The position numbers and the translations under genes were made by a program. A stretch of DNA of 64,000 bases from Chloroflexota bacterium (GTDB lineage Bacteria > Chloroflexota > UBA11872 > VXOZ01): contig OZ244922.1 in NCBI GenBank assembly GCA_965221905.1, positions 2,560,001 through 2,624,000 on the forward strand. Reading direction: 5' to 3'. The notes under the pieces were generated by a model. It saw nothing but the letters and a program-made list of their open reading frames with translations. It did not search any database and was not told the DNA's origin. Positions 1 to 9,944 of the stretch are shown piece by piece (positions within the stretch are counted from its first letter, which is position 1; the number at the start of each line of letters is the position of its first letter).

Positions 1-1
1 C

Positions 2-208
2 CAGAGGTACAAGGGCCTCGGCGAAATGAACGCCGATCAGCTTTGGGAAACGACCATGGATCCGGCGCGCCGCAAGCTCTTGCGGATTGTGCTGGAAGAC
101 GAGGCTGCCGTCAGCTTGGTATTCGACCGGCTCATGGGAGATGATCCGCAGGCGCGCAAGCGCTTTATCCAGGCGCACGCCAAAGAAGTCCAACATCTCG
201 ACGTTTAG
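2..208 (+). CDS. gyrB: DNA gyrase subunit B, C-terminal part (5' truncated by window)
   Basis: Frame reads [21 protein letters not shown]...[16 protein letters not shown]...LDV*, the canonical GyrB tail. Confidence 0.93.
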   Translation, partial: QRYKGLGEMNADQLWETTMDPARRKLLRIVLEDEAAVSLVFDRLMGDDPQARKRFIQAHAKEVQHLDV

Positions 209-361
209 ACCTCGTTGTCATATACTGATGCACAAATGCCGACTGGGAACCGCCAGAAGGGTCGAGATGCAGTGCGTCGCAGCACAGAGAACCCTTCCTA
301 GCCGGCACATGACCGCAAGGATTCAAAGAAGCATCCTTAAGGCAATGGAGCCGGCGCGGCA

Positions 362-1663
362 ATGAGCATCGCTCCCGACAACGCCCAGTTTGTCTTGCTC
401 AGCTTCGAGGGACCGGACCGGTACTCACTGGCCGGTGGACTGGGGACGCGCGTCACCGAGCTTGCGCGCGCGCTCGCCCAAGCGGGTTTCACGACCCACT
501 TGATCTTCATTGGCGATCCGAATCTACCTTCCGTAGAAACCGTCGATAACGGCAATTTGCACCTCTATCGCTGGTGCCAATGGATTAGCCACTCTCATCC
601 GAAAGGCGCTTACGAGGCAGAGTGGGATAAGATCATAGACTTCGGCAACAGCGTTCCTTGGTTCGTTACCGACCGCATCGTGCGGCCCGCTGCCGACGCC
701 GGCCAGCTCACCGTAATCATGGCGGAAGAATGGCATACCACGGACACTCTGGCACGGCTGAGCGATTCCCTGCACTTCAACGGCCTGCGCCAGCAGTGTG
801 TGCTGCTGTGGAACGCAAATAACGAATTCGGTTTCGGCCACATCGATCTTCCCCGGCTCGGATTCATCGCCACCGTTACGACAGTGAGCCGATTCATGAA
901 GTATCGCCTCTGGGATTGGGGACTAAACCCACTCGTGTTGCCGAACGGCATCCCTCGTCGATTGCTTGAAAAAGTGCCACAGAAGCCGGTGACAAAGCTC
1001 CGCAATGGCATGGCCGCGGATTTCTTGCTACTCAAAATGGGACGCTTCGACCCGGATAAGCGATGGTTGCAGGCAATTGAGGCCGCGGCACAACTCAAGC
1101 ACGCCGGCCATCGCGTACGCTTCATAGCGCGGGGCGGTCTGGAGCCGCATGGCGGTGAAGTGCTTCATCGGGCGGTGGAAATGGGCTTAGTGGTCCACGA
1201 CGTTCATAGCGACAACTCGAACCTCGATGAGGCTCTGGATACCATGCTCGCTGCCAATGATGCAGACGTCCTGAATCTTTGCCAATTCGTGCCTGAGGAC
1301 TTGCAGCGGGTTCTCTACTCAGCCGCCGACGCGGTACTCGCCAATAGCGGGTATGAGCCGTTCGGCCTCGTAGGCCTCGAAGCCATGGCGTGCGGCGCTG
1401 TGGTGGTCACGGGCACTACCGGAGAAGATTATGCGATTCAACTGCACAATGCCCTCTCGGTTGAGACCGATGACCCGGCAGAACTGGCCAGCTATTTGCG
1501 CTTTATACACGACCAGCCCGACGTAATTCGGCAGATACAACGCCACGCGGGGCAAACTGCGGCTCTCTTTACCTGGGATTCGACCATTCGAGACCTCCTG
1601 GGCAAAGTCGAATACCTGGCGGAAAAGCAAGGCATTCTCCTGCAGAGCAACGCCGATGGCTGA
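362..1663 (+). CDS. GT4 glycosyltransferase (glycogen/starch-synthase-like)
   Basis: N-terminal SFE...AGGLGTRVTELARALA; C-terminal YEPFGLVGLEAMACG motif; overlaps the GH57 gene. Confidence 0.85.
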   Translation: MSIAPDNAQFVLLSFEGPDRYSLAGGLGTRVTELARALAQAGFTTHLIFIGDPNLPSVETVDNGNLHLYRWCQWISHSHPKGAYEAEWDKIIDFGNSVPWFVTDRIVRPAADAGQLTVIMAEEWHTTDTLARLSDSLHFNGLRQQCVLLWNANNEFGFGHIDLPRLGFIATVTTVSRFMKYRLWDWGLNPLVLPNGIPRRLLEKVPQKPVTKLRNGMAADFLLLKMGRFDPDKRWLQAIEAAAQLKHAGHRVRFIARGGLEPHGGEVLHRAVEMGLVVHDVHSDNSNLDEALDTMLAANDADVLNLCQFVPEDLQRVLYSAADAVLANSGYEPFGLVGLEAMACGAVVVTGTTGEDYAIQLHNALSVETDDPAELASYLRFIHDQPDVIRQIQRHAGQTAALFTWDSTIRDLLGKVEYLAEKQGILLQSNADG

Positions 1664-2861
1664 CAATCTTGTGATCTATGTGATCGCGCACCAGCCCCGG
1701 CGTGTGCGATTGCCCGCCAACGTAATCCCTCCCGGTGCCGCTCCGCAAGATATGGCGCGGCTGCTCTTCGACGAGGAGATGAACGAACGGTATTTTCGCA
1801 AGGTTGCCCGCTACTGCTATAAACCCGCCACTGAACTATGGCTGCGGTTGCTCGACTCCGGTCTCAAGCTCTGCTTCGGCATCTCGTTCTCCTTGATAGA
1901 GCAGGCGCAGCGGTGGGACCCAAGCGTGCTCGAAGGCTTCAAGCGCGTCGTCTCCCACCCCAATACGGAACTGATTGGCGTCGATCCCTACCATTCGTTC
2001 CTCTTGCTGATAGACCTGCCTGCTTTCACGGCGCGGATGGAATCTATGGCGGACGAGCTATCGGACCTCTTTGGGAAACGACCCATCGTAACCGATACAA
2101 CCGAAATGCTCATGTCGGAAACCATTGTCAGCGCGCTGGACAAAGCCGGCTTTCGCGGCGCCCTCATGGACGGGAGGGAATGGATGCTGGGATGGCGACA
2201 ACCCACGCATCTCTACTATCATCGCCCGGGCGTCAAGCTGCTTGCGCGTCACTATGAACTGAGCGACGACGTTGGGTACCGCTTCTCTCAGCGCCAGTGG
2301 GCGGGGTGGCCCCTCATGGCGGACGACTATGCCCGTTGGGTGCGAAACGCCGACGGCCCGTTTGTGATGGTGGGCTGGGACTTCGAGACTTTCGGCGAGC
2401 ACCAGTACTACGACAGCGGAGTCTTTGAATTCATGGAGGCGCTGCCCCGCTACCTTAAACACGAGGGTGTCACACCGGCTACGGCTACAGAGGTGATCGA
2501 CAATTACGGCGGCCAAGCTAATCGGATTACACTGCCGCCTTTCCCCGGGACCTGGGCAGGTTCAGGGGGCTCTGAGTTCTTCCTCGGCAACGAACCGCAG
2601 CGCGCCATCTTCCAGCTTATGACTGCCTGCTATCAGAAGGCGCGACTCACAGGGAATGAGCAGCTCATCGACCTCGCCCTCTGGCTCTCTCAATCCGACA
2701 ATCTCCACCTGATCCATTGGTGGGGCCGCTGGGGCTCCGAAGCCGAAGTGTCCGTCTACTTCATGCCGGATGAATGGTGGGGCCTGGGCGTGGACGGCAT
2801 CATCTGGGAGCAGCAGTGCGTTTACAAGAATTTCCTGAGCGCGTTAGGCTACTTTCTCTAG
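1656..2861 (+). CDS. GH57 glycoside hydrolase (alpha-amylase-like)
   Basis: HQP, PYHS, DTTEM, SDDVGYRFS and WDFETFGEH motifs matching GH57 conserved regions. Confidence 0.88.
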   Translation: MADNLVIYVIAHQPRRVRLPANVIPPGAAPQDMARLLFDEEMNERYFRKVARYCYKPATELWLRLLDSGLKLCFGISFSLIEQAQRWDPSVLEGFKRVVSHPNTELIGVDPYHSFLLLIDLPAFTARMESMADELSDLFGKRPIVTDTTEMLMSETIVSALDKAGFRGALMDGREWMLGWRQPTHLYYHRPGVKLLARHYELSDDVGYRFSQRQWAGWPLMADDYARWVRNADGPFVMVGWDFETFGEHQYYDSGVFEFMEALPRYLKHEGVTPATATEVIDNYGGQANRITLPPFPGTWAGSGGSEFFLGNEPQRAIFQLMTACYQKARLTGNEQLIDLALWLSQSDNLHLIHWWGRWGSEAEVSVYFMPDEWWGLGVDGIIWEQQCVYKNFLSALGYFL

Positions 2862-4423
2862 CGCCGTTCTGCAGCAGTAGCACTCCCCTTCGGTACCGGT
2901 CCCTGTTGGTAATTGGGAAACCGGCGCGCCCGGTCGTCCCCGGATGCAGACCCGCGAATCCCTGATGCGCTCATGCGCTCGTCGGCGCGTGCTTTCCATT
3001 TGGCGTAGTTCGGTGAGCGCAGGAAGGCGCCGTCCGGTTGCACGACCAGTTTGCCGCCTTGACCGCGTGGGTCGCCACGCTCCTCATTGACGCGCGCAAG
3101 CAGGCTGCGCATTGCCTCAATTCTATCTTTCGCTGCCGGATTCCCGGCAAGGTCGTGGCACTCCTGGGGATCCTCGATAAGATCAAAATACTGTTCCTTG
3201 CCCGTATGGTGGAACCAGGTGTACTTCTCGCGCTTATTCACGATGAACTGCATGCCGTTCTCTCTGCCATGGAGATTCGTCTGCTCCCCTTGCAAGTACT
3301 CACGCCAGTCAGTGGGCTCCCCTCTTGCCAGAGGAATTACGCTCTTCCCATCGACGCAATCCGGGATGTCCACCGCGGCGGCATCGAGCACCGTCGGCAT
3401 GATGTCCCGCACTTCGATTATCTCATCGCACACGCCACCGCGAGCCTCGCTCCAAGTATCCGGGTACTTGATGAAGAAGGGTATGCGCGAAGAACCGTCG
3501 TAGGAATAGCCCTTTCGCCACAAACAGTGGTCGCCAAGCATGTCGCCGTGGTCTGACGTAAAGACGAAGAAGGTATTCCTCATTGCCGCCCGCTCAAGCC
3601 GTCCGAATTCATACAAGAATCGTCCCACCTGATGATCGATGAACGAGATGGCGCCGTAGTAGGCTGCTCTTGTCCGGTGCACTTGAGCATCCGTTGCCCG
3701 TCCCTTCCAAGCCGAAATGCTCGTGATCGGCTCATCGTACATTTCGGCCCAGTCACCTTGCGGCGGCATCGGAATGTCGGGGTTGTCTTTGTACATGTCA
3801 AAGTAGACCGGCGGCGGATCGTACGGCGCATGGGGACGCGAAAACGATAACCACAAGAAGAAGGGACACGTGGGGTCCCGCCGCTCGATGAACTTGACGG
3901 CCTCACTCGCCGTCCAATACGTAGGATGCAGGTGTTCCGGCAGGTGGCTCGGCCGGGCCATCCAGCTATTCCACTCCAGTCCATGATCCAGGTCGCCGAA
4001 TTTGCCGGCGGTCTGCTCGCGCAGCCAAATCTTGTAGTCGGTTTCAAGCCCACGCCCTGTGCTGTCCTGCACCGCGTTGAAGAATCCGTAGAGGGCACGG
4101 CGGGGAAATTGGTCTGATTTCCCGATGCTCTGGGTATGGTACCCGGCTTTCATGAGCTCGCCCGCCAACGTCGCCGGAAAGTCCAGCGCGTCGTAGCCCG
4201 CGCCGCCGCCTAGGCGACCGTGGGTCCATTGGTCCATCCCTGTCATCATGGCGGCACGCGACGGCAAGCAGGACGGCGAAGCGGTATAACACCGCGAAAA
4301 CTTTACTCCTTGTGACGCCAGGTCATCGAGATAGGGAGTCTCCAAGACCGGGTTGGCATATCCTACACAGTCCGATCGTTGCTGATCGGTGACAATCACG
4401 ACAATGTTTGGACGTACTGGCAT
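2858..4423 (-). CDS. Formylglycine-dependent sulfatase (aryl/choline-sulfatase-like)
   Basis: RPNIVVIVTDQQR start, CLPSRA (CxPSR), PHAPY, TSDHGDMLG. Confidence 0.92.
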   Translation of the reverse strand: MPVRPNIVVIVTDQQRSDCVGYANPVLETPYLDDLASQGVKFSRCYTASPSCLPSRAAMMTGMDQWTHGRLGGGAGYDALDFPATLAGELMKAGYHTQSIGKSDQFPRRALYGFFNAVQDSTGRGLETDYKIWLREQTAGKFGDLDHGLEWNSWMARPSHLPEHLHPTYWTASEAVKFIERRDPTCPFFLWLSFSRPHAPYDPPPVYFDMYKDNPDIPMPPQGDWAEMYDEPITSISAWKGRATDAQVHRTRAAYYGAISFIDHQVGRFLYEFGRLERAAMRNTFFVFTSDHGDMLGDHCLWRKGYSYDGSSRIPFFIKYPDTWSEARGGVCDEIIEVRDIMPTVLDAAAVDIPDCVDGKSVIPLARGEPTDWREYLQGEQTNLHGRENGMQFIVNKREKYTWFHHTGKEQYFDLIEDPQECHDLAGNPAAKDRIEAMRSLLARVNEERGDPRGQGGKLVVQPDGAFLRSPNYAKWKARADERMSASGIRGSASGDDRARRFPNYQQGPVPKGSATAAERR

Positions 4424-4564
4424 GGCTAACTCCTCGTAGACCTGTAATCGCTCATAGTGTTCCGTGGCAGTATCCAGATTTCAGAAAACTCTTTTTCAAC
4501 ATGGTGTAGCCCGGCAGCAAGCTTTAGGGAAATGCTGGTGCTGTACGGGGGAATACTTCCCCGG

Positions 4565-4597
4565 ACGTTCATGCTTCGACAAGCTCAGCACGAACGG
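4565..4597 (-). repeat. 33-bp hairpin REP, TGC/GCA stem variant
   Basis: Minus strand reads CCGTTCG-TGC-TGAGCTTGTCGAA-GCA-TGAACGT. Confidence 0.85.
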
Positions 4598-4644
4598 CTG
4601 GGAAGTGCTATGCATTCCAAATAGCCTCTAACTAGAAGTACCAC

Positions 4645-5877
4645 CTAAGCAGAAGCCGATGCCAGCTCCTCCGCCACGAATTCTTTTATATTAATCCACT
4701 CACCGTTACGGCTGATCGACTCCTCCGCTGCCAAACAGATGACCGTGCTCTCCATACCGGCTTCCGGCGCCACCGGCGCGGGCTTGTCGTGAGCGACGCA
4801 GTCCAAGAAGCGGAAAGCTTGCGTCAGGTCGCCGGAATGCCCCGGCAGGTTGCTGTCTCGGCTGACCTTATATACGGCATGGTCGTTAAGCGGACTGCGC
4901 CCGAAGACCTCGACCGAGCCGCCCTTCACGACTATGCGCCCGTTGTCGCCAATCGCATCCAAGACTGCCTTCGGCCCACTTGAAGCTGTAGCAAACAAGC
5001 AAAGCTGCAGGCAACCCCGGGCGCCGTTCTCATACTCTACGAGAACCCACGCGTGGTCGATGACATCGGTGTTTTCGGTAAGAACATGTTGGCCGCCGAT
5101 GCCCATCACACGCTGCGGCTTAGAATCGACGAACCAGTTGAAGAGATCGAAGTCGTGGCAGTTTTTTTCGTTCAGCGCGCCGCCGCTCTGCGCCTGACTA
5201 TACCGCCAGGGAGTCGGAGCAAATGGGTGTCGAATCGACTGGGCGGTTATCATCTGGGGACGGCCGATTTGACCGGTAGCAACAACCTCACGGGCCTTCG
5301 TCACGGCCGGGTTGGATCGCTCGTTAAGTCCCATGTACATTTTACCGCCGCTGCGATGCGCGGCGTCCACAATTGCCTGGCAGTCCGCCACGGTCGTCGC
5401 CAGCGGCTTGTCGCACAGCACCCATGCCCCCGTGTCGAGCGCCGCAACGGCAATCTCGCGATGCGCAAAGTTGGCGCTGACCACGACCACGGCATCCAGC
5501 GCGGCCTCATCCAGCATCTGCCGATAGTCGGTATAGGTCTTGGGCGGCTCCCTGCCAAGCTCCTCAGTCAGGATCTGCGTCGCCACATCAAGGTGTTCGT
5601 CCTTGATATCGCAGACGGCCACAATCTCGGCGCTCAGATCCCGTATCTCAACGATCCCGTACTCCTTGAGGCTGCGCGCATACTGCTTGTACATCTCTTC
5701 CGGGTAGGCTATGTCACGCGATTCACGCAGCACGGTTCCCCAATACGACGTCCGCTTCGTATGGCTCCAGTGCCGGTCCGCGCCCAGGTACGAACGACGG
5801 TCAACCTCACTGATCCACCGCAGATAGTTCTGCCCGCGGCCGCCGATACCAACCACCCCCACGCGAATTGCGCTCAT
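4645..5877 (-). CDS. Gfo/Idh/MocA oxidoreductase with N-terminal insertion
   Basis: RVGVVGIGGRG, CDKPLA, SGGALNEKNCHDFD motifs. Confidence 0.9.
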   Translation of the reverse strand: MSAIRVGVVGIGGRGQNYLRWISEVDRRSYLGADRHWSHTKRTSYWGTVLRESRDIAYPEEMYKQYARSLKEYGIVEIRDLSAEIVAVCDIKDEHLDVATQILTEELGREPPKTYTDYRQMLDEAALDAVVVVSANFAHREIAVAALDTGAWVLCDKPLATTVADCQAIVDAAHRSGGKMYMGLNERSNPAVTKAREVVATGQIGRPQMITAQSIRHPFAPTPWRYSQAQSGGALNEKNCHDFDLFNWFVDSKPQRVMGIGGQHVLTENTDVIDHAWVLVEYENGARGCLQLCLFATASSGPKAVLDAIGDNGRIVVKGGSVEVFGRSPLNDHAVYKVSRDSNLPGHSGDLTQAFRFLDCVAHDKPAPVAPEAGMESTVICLAAEESISRNGEWINIKEFVAEELASASA

Positions 5878-6059
5878 AGGTCAAGATCCTCGTTTCTGTT
5901 TAATCGTAACTGTGGGCAAGAATCCGATATGTAACCGAGAGATTGCCTGCCAAGGCACTGTAGCGCAAAGTCTCCGTTTGTCAGCTTAGTAGCCCATCCG
6001 CCCTGAACACCGACCACCACACCTTGAAAGCCAAGACAACTCCTGAGCCTGCCCCCATA

Positions 6060-6449
6060 CCGTTCGCCCTGAGCTTGTCGAAGGGCCGTTCGCCCTGAGC
6101 TTGTCGAAGGGCCGTTCGCCCTGAGCTTGTCGAAGGGCCGTTCGCCCTGAGCTTGTCGAAGGGCCGTTCGCCCTGAGCTTGTCGAAGGGCCGTTCGCCCT
6201 GAGCTTGTCGAAGGGCCGTTCGCCCTGAGCTTGTCGAAGGGCCGTTCGCCCTGAGCTTGTCGAAGGGCCGTTCGCCCTGAGCTTGTCGAAGGGCCGTTCG
6301 CCCTGAGCTTGTCGAAGGGCCGTTCGCCCTGAGCTTGTCGAAGGGCCGTTCGCCCTGAGCTTGTCGAAGGGCCGTTCGCCCTGAGCTTGTCGAAGGGCCG
6401 TTCGCCCTGAGCTTGTCGAAGGGCCGTTCGCCCTGAGCTTGTCGAAGGG
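6060..6449 (+). repeat. Tandem array of 15 identical 26-bp units CCGTTCGCCCTGAGCTTGTCGAAGGG
   Basis: Counted directly: units start at 6060 and every 26 bp to 6424; no spacers. Confidence 0.97.
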
Positions 6450-6482
6450 CCGTTCATGGTTCGACAAGCTCACCACGAACGG
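6450..6482 (-). repeat. 33-bp hairpin REP, TGG/CCA variant, inverted relative to the 26-mer array
   Basis: Minus strand CCGTTCGTGGTGAGCTTGTCGAACCATGAACGG, identical to 42484-42516. Confidence 0.92.
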
Positions 6483-6525
6483 CACTGGCAGTCGTTCTGG
6501 CCAACCATTGTGTCACCCTCTAAGC

Positions 6526-6560
6526 CACATCTCCGCAGAGAAGTGTTCCGCGGAGATGTG
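6526..6560 (-). terminator. Hairpin downstream of solute-binding protein 1 (terminator or mRNA stabiliser)
   Basis: CACATCTCCGC...GCGGAGATGTG inverted repeat; paralogous hairpin at 8193-8229. Confidence 0.6.
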
Positions 6561-6604
6561 TTCTTGGACTAAATGGTTGCCAAAGTTGCCGTTCTAGCCT
6601 CTTA

Positions 6605-7975
6605 CTATCCCCTACCGGTCTCATCCAATCGCGCGTTCCACAACTTATCCAACTCGCGCGTAACCTCTTCCACCGAGGTCGTGCCTTCCCAGATCTTTGG
6701 CAGCAACTCACGTGCGATACCGTTAAAGGAAACGCCATCCCAACTGTGGGAATAGGGCACTACTGCGAAGTCAGGATTCTGGAGAAAGACGTGCCGATTC
6801 GCCGGCTTCTGCAAATGCGTATTCCAGAAGTACTCGTTTGCCTCTCTGTGCGCGGTTGGCGACCCAGCAACGAATGCTATTGCCCGGGCAAGCGCCCACT
6901 CGCCGCCGTCAGAGTTCGTATACCACTTCAGCACTTCCCACGCGGCATCAGGCGCATTGGTATTGCTGAAAATGCCGGCCCCGCCCGGAATGAAGAACGT
7001 CACTCTTCCCTCCGGCCCTTGCGGGATAAGACCGATCTCAAAATCCAGTCCTTCTACGGCAGCCAGCCTTACCGCGGCCCACTCCGGCAGGAATGACATC
7101 GAAACTACGCCTTGGGAAATTCCGTTTCTCCATCCCAGCGTCGGATAAGGATGAACACGGTCCTTCAACATCAGGTCGGCGAGGTATTGCAACGCCGTAA
7201 TGGAACCGGGATCCGTCACGACCGACTTCGTATTCTCCTCGACAAGGAAGCCGCCCCCGTAGGAGCGCAGCACATGGTCGAGACGCACCAGGCGAAACTC
7301 TACCCCCCACGCCTCCGGTTCGCCGTCATTATTGGCGTCCTTAGTCAGCTTGCGCGCCGCTTCAGCGACGTCGTCCCAATTCCAGTTTTCGTCAGGTTCT
7401 TCGACACCCGCTTCGGCGAAGTGCTGCTTGTTATAGTAGAGCCCCTCAGTAGCATAGTTCCACGGCAGGCACCACAGGCCGCCTTCCGGTACGCGGTAGT
7501 AGTCCGTGACGCGCGGATAGTACACGTCGATGTCGAACGAATTATCCGCCTTGGCATAGTCATCCAAGTTGACGAGGTTGCCGTCCACGGCGTACGTTAG
7601 GTGCGGGCCGGACATATGCACCACGTCCGACGCGGCGCCGGCAGCGACAAAGATGCGGATGTTCTCTTGATAGTTTCCCGCTCCCGCGACGATCAAATTG
7701 ATCTGAATATCGGGATGCTTCTCATGGAAGTTCGCGAGCAAAGTGTCGAACGTTTCGGCGTTGCGCCCCGCAAACGGCCCGATGAAGAAGTCAACGACGG
7801 TCGGCTCGGCAGGCTCAGGTGGCTTCTGCTCCTCTTTGGGCGCCATTGCCTCCTTTTCTGCCGGTGCCGGCGTCGTCACGACGGTACCGCAAGCCGCCAA
7901 ACCCAAGGCAACAAACGATCCACCGATGCCCTGCAAGATTCGTCGCCTGCTTGTTTTACCGGCAATTGCCTTCAT
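6605..7975 (-). CDS. ABC sugar-binding lipoprotein (SBP family 1), TAT-exported
   Basis: GGAGG upstream; SRRRIL twin-Arg, LAAC lipobox, LYYNK..F and W.WDD motifs. Confidence 0.88.
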   Translation of the reverse strand: MKAIAGKTSRRRILQGIGGSFVALGLAACGTVVTTPAPAEKEAMAPKEEQKPPEPAEPTVVDFFIGPFAGRNAETFDTLLANFHEKHPDIQINLIVAGAGNYQENIRIFVAAGAASDVVHMSGPHLTYAVDGNLVNLDDYAKADNSFDIDVYYPRVTDYYRVPEGGLWCLPWNYATEGLYYNKQHFAEAGVEEPDENWNWDDVAEAARKLTKDANNDGEPEAWGVEFRLVRLDHVLRSYGGGFLVEENTKSVVTDPGSITALQYLADLMLKDRVHPYPTLGWRNGISQGVVSMSFLPEWAAVRLAAVEGLDFEIGLIPQGPEGRVTFFIPGGAGIFSNTNAPDAAWEVLKWYTNSDGGEWALARAIAFVAGSPTAHREANEYFWNTHLQKPANRHVFLQNPDFAVVPYSHSWDGVSFNGIARELLPKIWEGTTSVEEVTRELDKLWNARLDETGRG

Positions 7976-8192
7976 GCTCGCACCCTCCTGCATAACTTCA
8001 ATCTGCTTCAAGTCGAGTATATGCTACCATACTGCGCATCCTCAATGCAGTCTAGCCCGCTCGCAGCCTTTACTGCACACGAAGTATCCCTGCCCAGCAG
8101 AGGTTTACCGCGCCGTCAGCCCCTCTTAATGCGCTCACCCTTCACGATCTGTGATCGCGCACGTGAGTTAGGAAGTCTCACTGCAAACGAAA

Positions 8193-8229
8193 ACACATCT
8201 CCGCAGAGACATGCTCTGCGGAGATGTGT
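8193..8229 (-). terminator. 16-bp perfect-stem hairpin downstream of solute-binding protein 2
   Basis: ACACATCTCCGCAGAG-ACATG-CTCTGCGGAGATGTGT. Confidence 0.65.
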
Positions 8230-8272
8230 GCTTGGACTTAACAGTTGCAAGAGATGCCGATCTCGTCTCCTA

Positions 8273-9646
8273 CTATCCCCTACCGGTCTCCTCCAGCCGC
8301 GCGATCCACATCTTATCCAGTTCCCGTGCTACCTCTTCCACCGACTTCGTGCCTTCCCAAATCTGCGGGAGCGCCTTGCGCGCGCTTTGGTCGAAGAATC
8401 TGCCGTCCCAACTGCCGCCGAAAGGCACTACGGCGAAGTCGGGATTCTGGAGGAAGCGGGTGCGATTTGCCGGCTTAGTGAGATATTCTGTCCAGAAGTA
8501 CTCATTGGCCGCAATCAATGCAGACGGCGATCCGGCGGGGAATGAAATCGCCCGGGCAACCGCCCACTCGCCGCCGTCAGAGTTCGTGAACCACTTCAGC
8601 ACCTCCCAGGAAGCATCCGGCCCCTTGGTCGTGCTGAACATAGAGGCGCCACCCGAGCCGAAGAACGTAAACCTTCCCTCAGGGCCCTGCGGCATGATGC
8701 CGATGTCGAAGTCAAGCCCCTCTACTTTGCCCAGCCTCACTGCCGCCCACTCCGGCAGGAAAGACATCGCTATCTTGCCCTGGGAAAACCCTTTGTTCCA
8801 TCCCAGCGCCGGGTAAGGGTGGGTGCGGTCCTTGACGATCAGGTCGGCGATGTATTGCAACGCGGTGATTGAACCGGGATCGGTTATAACTGACCTCGTG
8901 TTTTCATCGGCAAGGAACCCACCGCCGAACGATCGCAGCACGTGATCGATGCGCACCAGTCGAAACTCAACGCCCCATGACTCCGGCTCGCCGTCATTAT
9001 TGACATCCCTGGTCAGCGTACGCGCAGCCTCGCGGAGGTCGTCCCAAGTCCAATTCTCGTCCGGTTCTTCGACTCCGGCCTCGGCCAGGAGCGTCTTGTT
9101 GTAGTAGAGCCCCTCGGTGGCATGGTTCCACGGCAGGCACCACAGCCCGCCTTCAGGCACGCGGTAGAACGCCGTAACGCGGGGATAGTAGGCTTCGATG
9201 TCGAAGCCACCATCCGCCTTGGCGTAGTCATCCAAATTGACCAGAATACCGTCGGTGGCGTACGTAAAATGCCCACCGGACATATGCACCACGTCGGCAT
9301 TCGCTCCGGCAGCGACAAAAGTCCGGATCTGTGTCTGGTAGTTCACGCCCGCCTCGGCGACGATCAGCTTGATCTGTATGCTAGGCGTCTTCTCATGGAA
9401 ATTTGCCAGCAGCGTGTCCATCGCATCGGCGTTGCGTCCCGCGAACGGTCCGATCAAGAATTCAACCTCGGTCGGCTCAGCCGGTTCAGGCGCCTTCTGC
9501 TCCTCTTTGGGCGCCATGGCCTCCTTCTCTTCAGGAGCCGGCGCGGTCGCCACCGTTCCGCACGCCGCCAAGCCCAACACACCTAACGTCCCGCCAATGC
9601 CCTGCAAGAGCCGGCGTCTACTCAGACCTACAGAATTCGCCTTCAC
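8273..9646 (-). CDS. ABC sugar-binding lipoprotein, tandem paralog of 6605-7975
   Basis: SRRRLL, LAAC; long identical stretches with the neighbour (e.g. YRVPEGGLWCLPWN). Confidence 0.88.
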   Translation of the reverse strand: MKANSVGLSRRRLLQGIGGTLGVLGLAACGTVATAPAPEEKEAMAPKEEQKAPEPAEPTEVEFLIGPFAGRNADAMDTLLANFHEKTPSIQIKLIVAEAGVNYQTQIRTFVAAGANADVVHMSGGHFTYATDGILVNLDDYAKADGGFDIEAYYPRVTAFYRVPEGGLWCLPWNHATEGLYYNKTLLAEAGVEEPDENWTWDDLREAARTLTRDVNNDGEPESWGVEFRLVRIDHVLRSFGGGFLADENTRSVITDPGSITALQYIADLIVKDRTHPYPALGWNKGFSQGKIAMSFLPEWAAVRLGKVEGLDFDIGIMPQGPEGRFTFFGSGGASMFSTTKGPDASWEVLKWFTNSDGGEWAVARAISFPAGSPSALIAANEYFWTEYLTKPANRTRFLQNPDFAVVPFGGSWDGRFFDQSARKALPQIWEGTKSVEEVARELDKMWIARLEETGRG

Positions 9647-9926
9647 GCTCGTACCCTCCTGTTAGGTTCACTCTTCGTTCGAACTGCACACTCCCATTGC
9701 CAAGCAGTATATCGTACACGCTGCTTGGCTTCAATCGTTACAGTTGGACAAGATTCTATCACACACTACCCCCACTTTTAAGCATCTAGATAGACTAGAC
9801 TGCACCGCGCAAACCTGGTAAGCGTAGCCCCTGACGTCTCCTCGCTTTGTACAGAGATTAACCCAGTCGCGGACAGCCCAAATCCGGCTGGTCCATGGGA
9901 GCCAAATGAGCAGCGAATTTACTCAC

Positions 9927-9944
9927 GATGTTGTATACAACATC
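9927..9944. promoter_or_regulatory. Perfect 18-bp palindrome, probable GntR-family operator
   Basis: GATGTTGTATACAACATC with a TTGTATACAA core, between divergent SBP and EamA genes. Confidence 0.6.

Noticed and set aside
6060-6482. CRISPR array
   Set aside because: Units abut directly with no spacers, and no cas genes are present
5874-6485. 203-aa and 158-aa repeat proteins (PFDKLRANG...)
   Set aside because: Translations of the stop-free 26-bp REP array; no evidence of coding
5053-8545. Long antisense ORFs (e.g. 5053-5934, 7601-8545)
   Set aside because: Shadows of well-supported opposite-strand genes in GC-rich DNA
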